A DNA stretch of 64,000 nt from Pachysolen tannophilus NRRL Y-2460 (Eukaryota), in assembly GCA_001661245.1 (NCBI GenBank), contig KV454012.1, positions 1,972,418 through 2,036,417 on the forward strand, read 5' to 3'. The notes beneath the pieces are model-generated. The model saw only the letters and a program-made list of their open reading frames with translations. It was not told where the DNA came from and made no database searches. Below, piece by piece: positions 11,801-21,228 of the stretch. Numbering within the stretch: position 1 is the first letter of the stretch; every line of letters begins with the position of its first letter. A program made the position numbers and the translations under genes.

Positions 11801-12944
11801 GATTTTGATAATCCTGAAACTTTTGGTTTTGAGCTTTAGGATCTAAAGAGGCAGCAGCAGCAGTAGAATCTTTTGATGAACCAGAAACTTGCTGGTGTTG
11901 GTGATTTTTACTTTTTGGATCCAACGAAGAAGCGACACCTGGGTTTCTTGTAGCATCTGCATCAGCGTTTTGATAAGCTGCATTAGACGAATTTAAATTA
12001 GACCTACCTTGATTGTAATCACTATTCAAATTCGAATTACCAGCGGTACGTTGATCGTTGTAGTCACTACCGCTAAATCTCCCCAGGTTTTCGTCATCAT
12101 AAGCGCTAGTGTTATTAGCCTTTTCCGAGCCGCTGCTTCTGCGGCCTCTCCCAGTAACAGCTCCAATAATACCGCCAATAATACCCGAAGAACCTCTAGA
12201 ACTAGTAGAATCAGTTGTTCCAGAAGTCTTTTGTTTTTGCAAATTGGAATCATTTGCTTGATAAGATGAACCGTAGGTAGCATCATGTTGAGTTTGATCA
12301 ACTGGCTCGTTAGAGGCCTCGTCAAAATTATTAAAGTTTCCTTGTGTTCCAGCACCTGCAGCACCTCCAGTAGTACTAGTACCAGCACTAGTTCCTGCTC
12401 CTTTAGAAAGAGTACTGTGATCTGCAGAAGAAGAATTATCATGTGGAATCGACTGATTTGCACTTGACTTGTGTTCATCCCGAGAATCATCAGATACAGC
12501 CGCATGAGATTTGTGTTTAGCGCCAGAATGCCCAGACATTTTTTGCAATTTTTCAGCTTCTGCAACATCATTTGAATCAATGACAGAGCCAACCATCGAT
12601 GTGTACCTAACATTTGAATTCGAGTTTGGTTCAATGGTGTTACCCTTTGTTGGGTTAGTTGTCTTGACTTTACTGGCATTTTTATATTCCCCAGTTACAT
12701 TCGAATTCGATGGAGTTGCCCCAGAACCTTGTGCTCCAAACATCTTCTTGGCAGTACCAATAATTCCTGTATCATTATTATTACCACCACCAGAATCTGA
12801 AGGGAGGTCCAGAGAACTACCTCCAGTTCTTCCTGAATAGGCCTCAGCGCTTGATTCTCTACTAAAAGAGTGATCACCAAACCTTGCATGCGGATCTCTA
12901 TTGGAAGTAAATGGATTTGGAGAAGCTCTTGGAATATCTACCAT
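8805..12944 (-). CDS. Large G/S/N/Q/A-rich intrinsically disordered protein with a central coiled coil (hydrophilin/stress-protein-like), function unknown
   Basis: 1379-aa open frame, low complexity. Recurrent GIIG/AGLGAAGVGA motifs and coiled-coil-like segments (ARVDAEIRQTEAEIQRIQQQL, LNKELDSLQLQKENL). Confidence 0.8.
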   Translation of the reverse strand: MVDIPRASPNPFTSNRDPHARFGDHSFSRESSAEAYSGRTGGSSLDLPSDSGGGNNNDTGIIGTAKKMFGAQGSGATPSNSNVTGEYKNASKVKTTNPTKGNTIEPNSNSNVRYTSMVGSVIDSNDVAEAEKLQKMSGHSGAKHKSHAAVSDDSRDEHKSSANQSIPHDNSSSADHSTLSKGAGTSAGTSTTGGAAGAGTQGNFNNFDEASNEPVDQTQHDATYGSSYQANDSNLQKQKTSGTTDSTSSRGSSGIIGGIIGAVTGRGRRSSGSEKANNTSAYDDENLGRFSGSDYNDQRTAGNSNLNSDYNQGRSNLNSSNAAYQNADADATRNPGVASSLDPKSKNHQHQQVSGSSKDSTAAAASLDPKAQNQKFQDYQNPGAGSVNNDNTVRSGQKNSNIPGSYPYSDSTNRSQGATYGAGSVAGSGAGSGTGSGAGYGAGSGAAETAGGAASGGLVGEIINAVTGNHSNSQTTGETSETSPNQYGSKQSQAFSQADNTNNQSHFASTKENATEKLRSPQVHDTVDKTVQNVNNSSSPNEKILAAKSGFNSEGAKSAGVAGVGAAGAAGLTGAAAGGNAGKSTSHSNSQAHPSARAPGESYGSAYNDPQKNSQFTNSGSYGANRTAGSNYDSAGYSNYSEPVGSDMNQSGDDTESGGGIIDQLRSAFIGSGKEKNSTIPSQGGNAAGDFTEQNIKSEQDPNAASVATIASANGVEGGSGHTNHVSSGNKLNNQYSDEIARVDAEIRQTEAEIQRIQQQLGGKSAESSKGEQSKFVDSTKQRQGHFGSSAAALSAVAATGSNTLSSGFPQKQTEVNSLNKELDSLQLQKENLNQGISQKKESLGQAQKDYNTAKKEHTLKQQQLAKKLEAQKFHRQKLLDSQYSKQLNTRQTRDPPVAGKTEYGYDDGSGYHGTSAGVSSGQSGSGRRGNVDHGGAAAAAANSAMGTQGAASNNTQQQYPNTRANHHHNDKYAYSDNSKGNAYPQSEQGYNHGGDTNSKLAAAGLGAAGVGALGYETLNQQGNQAGVQKAYEKGQSEFANPEKNVAALQGQGNASNQHGLSLQDNQRVSSSSRAAQQLQKGYESSGNKSDAAVGAATGATAGAVGGNSVTSGSEFDGGSAKPQKSSSSQGSATSPKQKMKEIFGFGKKKSPSNGGSSGGSSGTGSAKQSSLKPAANSRQEGTLYAEDNAYSSPQHTIASRRQPEPETRQTVPASSKRTDDGFDSSGHHIKRDDKLGATSAGTGTGAGVGAAAGAGAGAGLAGNHGNHGLNHTTGGEQYGQSQAPQHGNQPGHHGRGAQQQTQAPDDDFIDIKVVGANDQDEAAAIASAVIQESKGNEATLASTGVTVDAAKFKEAHSSSFMNKLGRNTEKNDVTLERI

Positions 12945-13521
12945 TTCTAATTAAAGTCTTTGATAAACCCCTATTATCATATAAAACTTTAAGAAAAAAA
13001 AAAAAATCAAATCAAACAACAATTGAATTTTTTTGTTTAGAAAAATGAATTGAAGATGGTTAATTTGAAGTTTATGATTACAAGAGTTGATCAAAGTAGG
13101 AATAAAAGAGGGAATTATATAGTTAATCATTTTCTACGACTTCTTAAAAATAATATGGCATTTAAAGATTGCTATTAATTTTTCAAAAAGGAGATGATCA
13201 AGGTCACTTGAAAGCAACATTAAAAAATATATTTACTATATATTCCATACTGCAATTACCTAAAGATAACTATTGCTTCATCTTATATACTTTTGAGTTA
13301 ACTCTATTTACAGGTTTAAACACTTGCTGTGTATGAATTGGTGCACACTTTTGATACGCAAAGATGTCCGCCAAAGGTTTAAGCGTCGGCGTACTAACAA
13401 ACACGGTAAAGTTTGCTTTTAAAGTGAAAAGTTGATAAAAATTATATTGTGTGATTCAATCAATAATTATAGATATATGGAATTTATATGACTTATAGGA
13501 GGTTTTAAAGAAATTGATGTT

Positions 13522-13899
13522 ATGTCAGCAGATAAATGGTCAGCTTTGTTAAATGATGATTGGAATAAACCCGTGAAATCCGATAATGGTATTGGAGATG
13601 AAACTCCAGAGATAATTTTCAAAGATGGGAACGATGCCATGAGTTCTTTTTATAAAAATATATCGAATTCTTCCAAGCCAAAAATGAAAATATTGAAAAG
13701 AACAGATATAAATAATACCAAGAATGTAACACGAGATGAGGAGAGTGGTTCTGGTAGTAGTGCTGATGGTAAAGATGTTGATAATAAGAGTGTTACGCCT
13801 GATGTAGAGAGATTAGATAAGATTAAGCTGTACAATGAACTGAGAAAGAAGATTTTTAATGATGATGATAATAATAATAATAATAACAATACAAAATAG
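13522..13899 (+). CDS. Small SUZ-domain (putative RNA-binding) protein
   Basis: KMKILKR followed by ERLDKIK[A]YNE[A]RKKIFN. With CTG=Ala this fits the SUZ pattern ILKR...ER..Y..AR.RIF. Confidence 0.7.
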   Translation: MSADKWSALLNDDWNKPVKSDNGIGDETPEIIFKDGNDAMSSFYKNISNSSKPKMKILKRTDINNTKNVTRDEESGSGSSADGKDVDNKSVTPDVERLDKIKLYNELRKKIFNDDDNNNNNNNTK

Positions 13900-14481
13900 A
13901 TAAGATTGTATAGTTTATACATAGACTATTATCAATAATTACGTTATGGAAATTAAAGGATAGAAATGAATTTAAATTTTTTAAATTTTATTTTTATTTT
14001 TCTAACTTTAAAGTAAATCAATAGAAAGTGGTTACTTTCTCCTTATTGAGATCAGATTAAATCCATAGCTGGTCTAGAATTATGTTAAAAAAATGATTGA
14101 TGTCTTCTTCTTTTTTAAAAGAAAAAAGATAGTTATTATTTATTATCTTTGAGTCAATCTAACCGATTAAAATTAATAAAGATAAAGTAGACAATCAATT
14201 TTTTTTGTGAAAACATTGAACTCTAGTTCACAAATTGCTTCTCCACTTAATGAGATATTGTTCGTAATATCTTTTTTTAAGAACAGTTTTTAAGTGTAAT
14301 TAATTAATTAGTTATTGTTGTATTAGCAAGTTTTTAAGTAATCTAGTTTCATTTCAATTTTTTTTTTTTTTTTTTCTTTTTTATCTTTTTGTTTTGTATT
14401 TTATATAATGTTTCTCTATTTTTTGAAAATAAATCAATCTATTTGACTAAAGATATTTTTTTTATTGTATAAATTGTAATT

Positions 14482-15498
14482 ATGTCTTCAAAGTCTAAAG
14501 TTTTATTAATTGGAAGTGGTGGAGTTGGAACAATAGCCTCATATGTTTTAGAATCTAATGGGAAGGCAGAAGTTACGTCAGTTATTAGATCAGATTATCA
14601 ATTAGTTTTAGATTCGGGCTATCAGATTAAATCTATTGATTATGGTGAGATTAATAATTTTAGGCCTTCACATATAGTTAATAATGTATTGGATAGTATA
14701 AAATATGGACCATTTGATTATGTTGTTGTTACTACTAAAAATCAACCAGATATTTTTTCAATTGAAGAATTAATTGCACCTGTAATTATTAAAGAAAAGA
14801 CAACCATAGTATTGATTCAAAATGGTTTTGGTATTGAAAAAACTATTATTGAAAAATTTCCTGGTACTATTGTATTAAGTGGAGTTCAAATGATTAGTTC
14901 TACATTATATGATGGTATTATTGATCAACCAGGACCTGATTCAATGTCAATTGGAATTTTTAATAATAATATTTCAACAAAAAATGATCAATATTTAATT
15001 GCTCAAAATTTTATATCTTTATATTCAAATGAAAAAAATAATTGTTATTATGATGAAAATGTTAAATATACAAGATGGAGGAAATTAGTTTATAATGCTA
15101 CATTAAATTCAACATGTGCTTTAACTGATTTAGATGTTGGTCGTGTTGAATTATTTGGTGGAGTAGATACTTTGATTAAACCAGCAATGAAAGAAGTATT
15201 AGCTATTGCAAAATCAGATGGAGTAGAATTACCTGAATCAATCATGGAATTTATGATAAGATCAGATGATGGTGTTTGGTATTCACCTTCAATGTTAGTA
15301 GATTTAAGAAAGGGAAATTTTATAGAATCTGTAGTTATATTAGGAAACGCATTAGATGTTGCCAAGGAAAATGGTATTAGTGCCCCTACATTAACTGTAT
15401 TATACAATTTATTACAATTAATTCAAGCAAGAACAAAAGAAAGAAAAGGTTTAATCAAGTTACCAATCCAAAGACCAATTTCCAATACAACAAATTAA
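14482..15498 (+). CDS. 2-dehydropantoate 2-reductase (ApbA/PanE; Pan5-like family)
   Basis: GSGGVG Rossmann motif, IVLIQNGFG, WRKLVYN with the catalytic Lys, and SMLVD..G..IE. Confidence 0.9.
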   Translation: MSSKSKVLLIGSGGVGTIASYVLESNGKAEVTSVIRSDYQLVLDSGYQIKSIDYGEINNFRPSHIVNNVLDSIKYGPFDYVVVTTKNQPDIFSIEELIAPVIIKEKTTIVLIQNGFGIEKTIIEKFPGTIVLSGVQMISSTLYDGIIDQPGPDSMSIGIFNNNISTKNDQYLIAQNFISLYSNEKNNCYYDENVKYTRWRKLVYNATLNSTCALTDLDVGRVELFGGVDTLIKPAMKEVLAIAKSDGVELPESIMEFMIRSDDGVWYSPSMLVDLRKGNFIESVVILGNALDVAKENGISAPTLTVLYNLLQLIQARTKERKGLIKLPIQRPISNTTN

Positions 15499-15685
15499 AA
15501 ACAACAAATTCTAATACTACTAATACTATTATCTAGTTTAATTATTATTACTAGGATTGATTGGATCGATTAATTCCGTACATAAAATATGTATCAAGAA
15601 ATTTCGCGAGCATAGGTAATTATAATTACGAGCCGATTTTATTTTTCACTATAAAACCGTTTGGCTTTTCTTTTATTTTTATATT

Positions 15686-15720
15686 GATAGATAGATAGAT
15701 AGATAGATACAGATAGATAG
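15686..15720. repeat. (GATA)n microsatellite
   Basis: gatagatagatagatagatagatacagatagatag. Confidence 0.9.
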
Positions 15721-16843
15721 GTAGATATAGATACCATTATGATACGGAAAAAAAGAAAAATTAGTATTGCGAAATCAGTTTGTTTACGGATATAGTAGAA
15801 GAAGAAAATAAATTTATACCCTTGTAAGAAAGAGAATCTTTTAACCTGCATGCGATTTTTCATTTTCGTTAAGGAAAAATCAGAATGAACGAAAAAAAAA
15901 ACACAAGAAAATACATGTCATGTAATGGTTGAAGATAGATAAATAGATAGAGGTAGATAGTGAGTATAATGCACAATTTATATTTCTTTTTATTTTATAA
16001 ATAAATAAAAAAGAAACCCAAAAAAAAAAAAAAAAAAGGGGGGATCTTATTTCATAGCGGTGCTGTGGATTAAAGATTATTAAGTCTTTTTTTTTTTTTT
16101 TTTTTGGCCATTTTGGCCATTTTAGCCATTTTAGACTTTTTATATTTTATCAAACATCTTCCGACGCCCTATCGGTTGGCATTTTTTTTTTTTTTCAGAA
16201 TGGATCAAATCAGTGTTGCCTAAAAGAGCCATAAATGCCTTTTTCTTTTTTAGTTTTTATCTTTTAGTTTTTCTGCCCCTGATGTTTGATTTTCTAAACG
16301 TTGTAATTTTTCAATTTCAGAACACGGTTTACGGTTTAATATTATTTATGATTTAATTCCTCATAAATTTACGCAAGTAAGATTTCGTTAATTACGGGAA
16401 TTAAATGGATGATGAATACATACATACATTACATGATTAGGGCCGAATTTAAAAAGATGAGATGGTGTTACAACAACAATAATTTTTTTTTTTTTTTTTT
16501 CACCTTGAGTAGAACGAGATACCATATATAATCTATCAAATACAAATATGAGTATTTTATTTTCTTGATTCTTAAATATTCATAAATTAATTTAAGTATT
16601 CGTCCATATAAGCAAGAGTTTTTTTTATTTTTTAAGGCGTCTTTTCTTTCTCTTTCTCTTTCTCTTTCTCTTTCTCTTTTCTCCGCCATTAAAAGGAAAG
16701 TTCTGAAATGGTCACAGTGCTTCATAACGTTTTTTTTTCTTTTTTTTTTTCAATTTTTGTTTTTTTCGAGCATGGACATTTTTTCACGGCTTCTCATTCG
16801 ATAGATTTTTCTTTTTAGGAACGAACGTCGCATTGCGTGCGAT

Positions 16844-16852
16844 GCTCATCTC
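16844..16852. promoter_or_regulatory. PAC-like motif (GCTCATCTC / GAGATGAGC)
   Basis: Matches the PAC core GATGAG in the long intergenic region upstream of the DOT6/TOD6-like gene. Confidence 0.4.
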
Positions 16853-18150
16853 CAGATAACAACAAAATTGAAGAGAAAATGTGTAATTATACAAATAAAA
16901 AACTTTTTTTTTAATACTATTATTATTAACAAATATTAGAAAACTTATATATATATATACTTTTCTCCTTTTTCTCATATATCATTATTAGCTAATAAAT
17001 CATATCACATAATAAATGGAAAAATATTCATTAAAAGAAGCGAATAGTTAATGATGGTACTTAATATCCTTTTCTTTCTTTTCTTACCACGCACGAGTCA
17101 AATTCTAATCGGTGCGTGGGTAAATGGTACGTACGTATTATGCTTTGAAAATTAAGTCCCATTCTTACATTACATTAAACATTACGATATAGATTTTTTC
17201 CCCGTCCAAAGATAAACATTACCGTTTACAGGAGTCAGGGTAACACGCGACTTTTACCTCATTCTCAATTCTAATCAGAATCAGAATCAGAATCAGAATG
17301 AGATTTTTATTTTTAGTTTTTAGTGTTAGTTTTTTTTTCTAACTTGACATCAAATGAGCAAAGAAAAAAAAAAATACTTTATAGATTAAAATAAAGTAAC
17401 TCTTTATAAAAAACTAATTTAAATTTAAAACCAATCTATTTTATTTTGGTCTCCTCTATATAATAATAATAATAAATTTTCTTTTCTTTTTTTTTTTTAT
17501 CTCATCTCTATCAAGGAAAAAAAAAAAGAAGCAAAAAAAAGAAAAAAAAACCTGCCTATGCTGAATCTATTTTTGTCCTTCTTTTTAATTTATTCTGGGG
17601 CAGATTTCCAATTTTTCTGCAATCACATCACTTTTCAGAATCTCTAGATTTCTTCGAAGAATACGACTAAAATAAGTAAAAAAAACTAAGCGTTGAGATT
17701 TGGGAATATTTATAATAGACTTGATGATCATTGATTGATGAGACTGATACTTTTTTTTTTTCTTAATTTTTATTATTTTTATAATCTCTTTATTCCTTTT
17801 CCAAAATTAAATCTTTGAACTTTTGTCAAATCTTTTAATTTTGTTTTTGTATTTTTTTTTTTAAAATTCTTTGTATTCGTTCATTCGAAATTTGTGTTTT
17901 TTTTTTCTTTTTCACTTTATATTTTCATTCATAATATCGAATAATTAGGCCAAAAACCCCGTTTTAAAAAAACCAAAAAAAAAAATTCATTATTTATCAA
18001 TATTTCATCACTCATTAAGTTCTAAATATTTCTTGTTAGTTTGCTCTTTTATACCGCTGATATTTGAATAATTTTTTTTTTTTTTTTTTACTCTTTCTTA
18101 TTTTCCCACTCACCTTTTAATATTTGTGCCCTCCCCCGAAAAAATTCAAT

Positions 18151-20103
18151 ATGACTGATTCTACAATCGATCTTAAACTTACAAGACCATTTTCAAGAGC
18201 TCCATCTTCATGGGATCCAAAAGATGATTTGTTGCTTAGACATTTAAAAGAAGAACAAAAACTTGGTTGGAAAGAAATTGCTTCACATTTTACTCATAGA
18301 ACTCCAAATGCTTGTCAATTTAGATGGAGAAGATTAAGATCTGGATCTTTGAAAATGTCAGCTGTTGGTGCGGTATCAAACCCGTCATCTCCCATACATC
18401 TTGATTCAAATAATACAAAACAATTACTGAAATCTTCTAGACGTCAATCATCATCATTGTCAGCCACAGGTGGAAACAATAGCTTAACCGATATAAATTC
18501 TAATACTTCTACTAGTAATAATCAGTCGCCTAGGCAACGAAGTACTAGTTTTTTGTTATCATCATCGTCATCATCAGCTGCAGCAACAGCAGCAGCAACG
18601 GAGGCAGCAGCGGCTTTGGCTGGAAACATTAACGGTAATGGTAATGGAAATGTCAATGGAAATGGGAATATGGGGAATGGGAACTCTTCATCGGGTTTAA
18701 GCTCAAGTTCAAGTTCAAGCGCAAGTTCTGGTGCTAGTACATTGGCAAATGTGAATACGAATAATGGACGACAAACTCCACATCAACAACAACTGCTGTT
18801 TCTTCATCCACAACCTGTTCATTTGATAAATAATAGGCAGAGATCTTTGTCAACAAATACCAGTAACGTTAGTTCAACTAATAGTTCACCTCCTCAGTTA
18901 CTGTCACTGCCCGTTTATAACAATTACTGGTCGTTTAATAATAATGCTAATAATCCTTCGAAATTAAGTAGTTCCATGACTAGTGAAGATCCTTTATCTT
19001 CTGTTCCGGACACTTTACCTTCGTTATTAAGGCAAAATCAAGTTAGTAATAAATTCCAATTTGAATTTGAACCATCTCATGGAAATTATGAAGTATCACA
19101 CCGTATTATTCCTTGGCATAAAGAAGAAGATGATTTATTGATGAATAGGAAGGAAAGGAAGTTGAGCTTCACAGAACTTTCCATCTTGTTACCAACAAGA
19201 TCAGAAAGTGATATTTGGTCAAGAATAAATTTTTTGGAGAATAATAATAATAACAATAATAATGGTAATAATGGTAATACACCAAGTACCACTACTAGTA
19301 CTAAGAATGGAAATGATGATGATGAAAGCAATAGAGGAGAGGAACCAGATTCACCTCCAAGTTCTAATAGAAGTTCCCATTTTTCATCTTTCTCTTCAAG
19401 CTTTACAAGAACTGCAGCAACAACTACTAGTAGCAGTTTTTATAACGATAGTATCAAGGGAAATGGTAACGGTAATCCACAAGGTTCAATCTCTTCATCG
19501 TTTCCAGGAAATATGAGTATTTCTCATTTACCTCAACTTTCAAGATCGTTATCAATTTCTTCTTCAATTTCTAATAATTCTTCATACACTCAGCCACCAC
19601 TGTTTTTAACTTCCCGTCAACGTGAAAATTCTTTTAACGTTAGTAAAGAAAGTTCCTCTAATAATTTAATTGCAAATGCACAAAGAGATGAGTATTTGAA
19701 CAGCACCAATAAAAGATCAATTAGTAATTTGCTAGTTAGTTCAAGTCCTGCAACAGAACAAAAATCACATTCACAATCGCAGTTACAACTTCAGCAGCAT
19801 GGTTCATCATTACCACCGATATCTTCACTTTCTACTTCTGCTGATGATACACAATTAGAAATTGGTCAATCAGCATCTATTTTGCAAAACTATAGCAATG
19901 CAAATTCATCTGATGATAGTCGCCATAGTCAAGAAGTTACTTTCAAGCATACCAGACATGAAAGAGAGAACAAAGATTTACCTTCCAATGGTTTAATAGG
20001 TCACAAGAGTTCACTTTCTAGTGGAGGCGCAGTGAGTAATAGAGATCTGGTGAAAAAATCCATTAAGCTCCCATCGATAGGAAGCATTTTGAATAATTTT
20101 TAA
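18151..20103 (+). CDS. DOT6: Myb/SANT repressor Dot6/Tod6 (PAC-binding factor)
   Basis: SSWDPKDDLLLRHLKEEQKLGWKEIASHFTHRTPNACQFRWRRL (Myb repeat 1) and IPWHKEEDDLL..LSILLPTRS (repeat 2). Several RRxS/RxxS kinase sites. First ATG is at 18151. Confidence 0.9.
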   Translation: MTDSTIDLKLTRPFSRAPSSWDPKDDLLLRHLKEEQKLGWKEIASHFTHRTPNACQFRWRRLRSGSLKMSAVGAVSNPSSPIHLDSNNTKQLLKSSRRQSSSLSATGGNNSLTDINSNTSTSNNQSPRQRSTSFLLSSSSSSAAATAAATEAAAALAGNINGNGNGNVNGNGNMGNGNSSSGLSSSSSSSASSGASTLANVNTNNGRQTPHQQQLLFLHPQPVHLINNRQRSLSTNTSNVSSTNSSPPQLLSLPVYNNYWSFNNNANNPSKLSSSMTSEDPLSSVPDTLPSLLRQNQVSNKFQFEFEPSHGNYEVSHRIIPWHKEEDDLLMNRKERKLSFTELSILLPTRSESDIWSRINFLENNNNNNNNGNNGNTPSTTTSTKNGNDDDESNRGEEPDSPPSSNRSSHFSSFSSSFTRTAATTTSSSFYNDSIKGNGNGNPQGSISSSFPGNMSISHLPQLSRSLSISSSISNNSSYTQPPLFLTSRQRENSFNVSKESSSNNLIANAQRDEYLNSTNKRSISNLLVSSSPATEQKSHSQSQLQLQQHGSSLPPISSLSTSADDTQLEIGQSASILQNYSNANSSDDSRHSQEVTFKHTRHERENKDLPSNGLIGHKSSLSSGGAVSNRDLVKKSIKLPSIGSILNNF

Positions 20104-21228
20104 CTTCCGATAAGGCATGTGGAATTATTATTTTAAAACTTTGACCTATTTAAGCACTCTTTATTGTACGAGTGTAATAGTATACTTATTTTTCTACTAA
20201 GGAATAGAATTTTGAAATTAGTTTACTGTTTAAACAATTCAATTAAAATTCTCATTGTTTTTGCTTTTCATTCTGATTTTCATTGTTAAAATTTTATTAT
20301 AAATTAACTTTTATGTTGATGGTTTTTTTTATTAATGGTTTAATAACACTATTTCGAAGTTAAAAAGGTAAATGGAAAAATACCAAAAAGGAAAACTGGT
20401 TTCAAAAAGTCAGAGAGGTTTGAAGTTTTCTTAAAAAAAAAAAAAAAAAAAAAAACACTTGAATAGATCAAAATGGGATAAAAGTTGATAGGAACATTTT
20501 TTAAAAATAATGGTCATCAAAAGAAACAGTTTGACGAATTCAAAATTTATGCGGAATATGCCCAAAACCAAAACATTATTCATTTTCAATTATAATACAC
20601 CGTTTTTTTATTTTTATATACATATACTGGTTTGATTAAAAATTGAACTTAGATTAGAATCGGCAGTTTTACTGGAGTTAGTTCTTTTGTGGAGTTTTTT
20701 TTTTTTTAACTTTTTATTTTTTCATATTTTATTATCTCTTTGTTTTTATCTATATTTATTATATTTTATATTAATTTTCTATTTTTTTTATTTTTTTATT
20801 TTTGAAGATTTATCTACATAAAATGGTGAATTATTTGTTAAAATTTTGTTATTTGATTTCTTTTATATGAAGATGTTTATTTTGTTAACTCTTACTTTTT
20901 ATTTTCTTATTTGTTTTGTTGTTGTTTTTTTTAAGCTATATCTTCGATTTTTGTTATATATATTTCTTCAATTCTTACATTTTAAATATGGTTTTAATGT
21001 GATACATTTACATTTATTATTTTTTATATATATCTTTAGTAAAATAACATTACTATCAAATACTACAAATCTTTCAACTTCTTCCATTTTAACGATAATA
21101 ATAAATTTTGAAATTACATGCAAATAAGAGTAATTAAATAATAAATTAAAAAAATAGAACAAATATATAAAAATTCATATTTAGTATGCAGTAATAATAT
21201 AAACTCAATGCAGAAATTAAAATTTCCT

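Noticed and set aside
20846..21162. Hydrophobic short ORFs between DOT6 and POL2 (also 15639-16978, 36366-36563 and 50214-50580)
   Set aside because: F/L/I/K-rich translations of AT-rich intergenic DNA with no homology signal.
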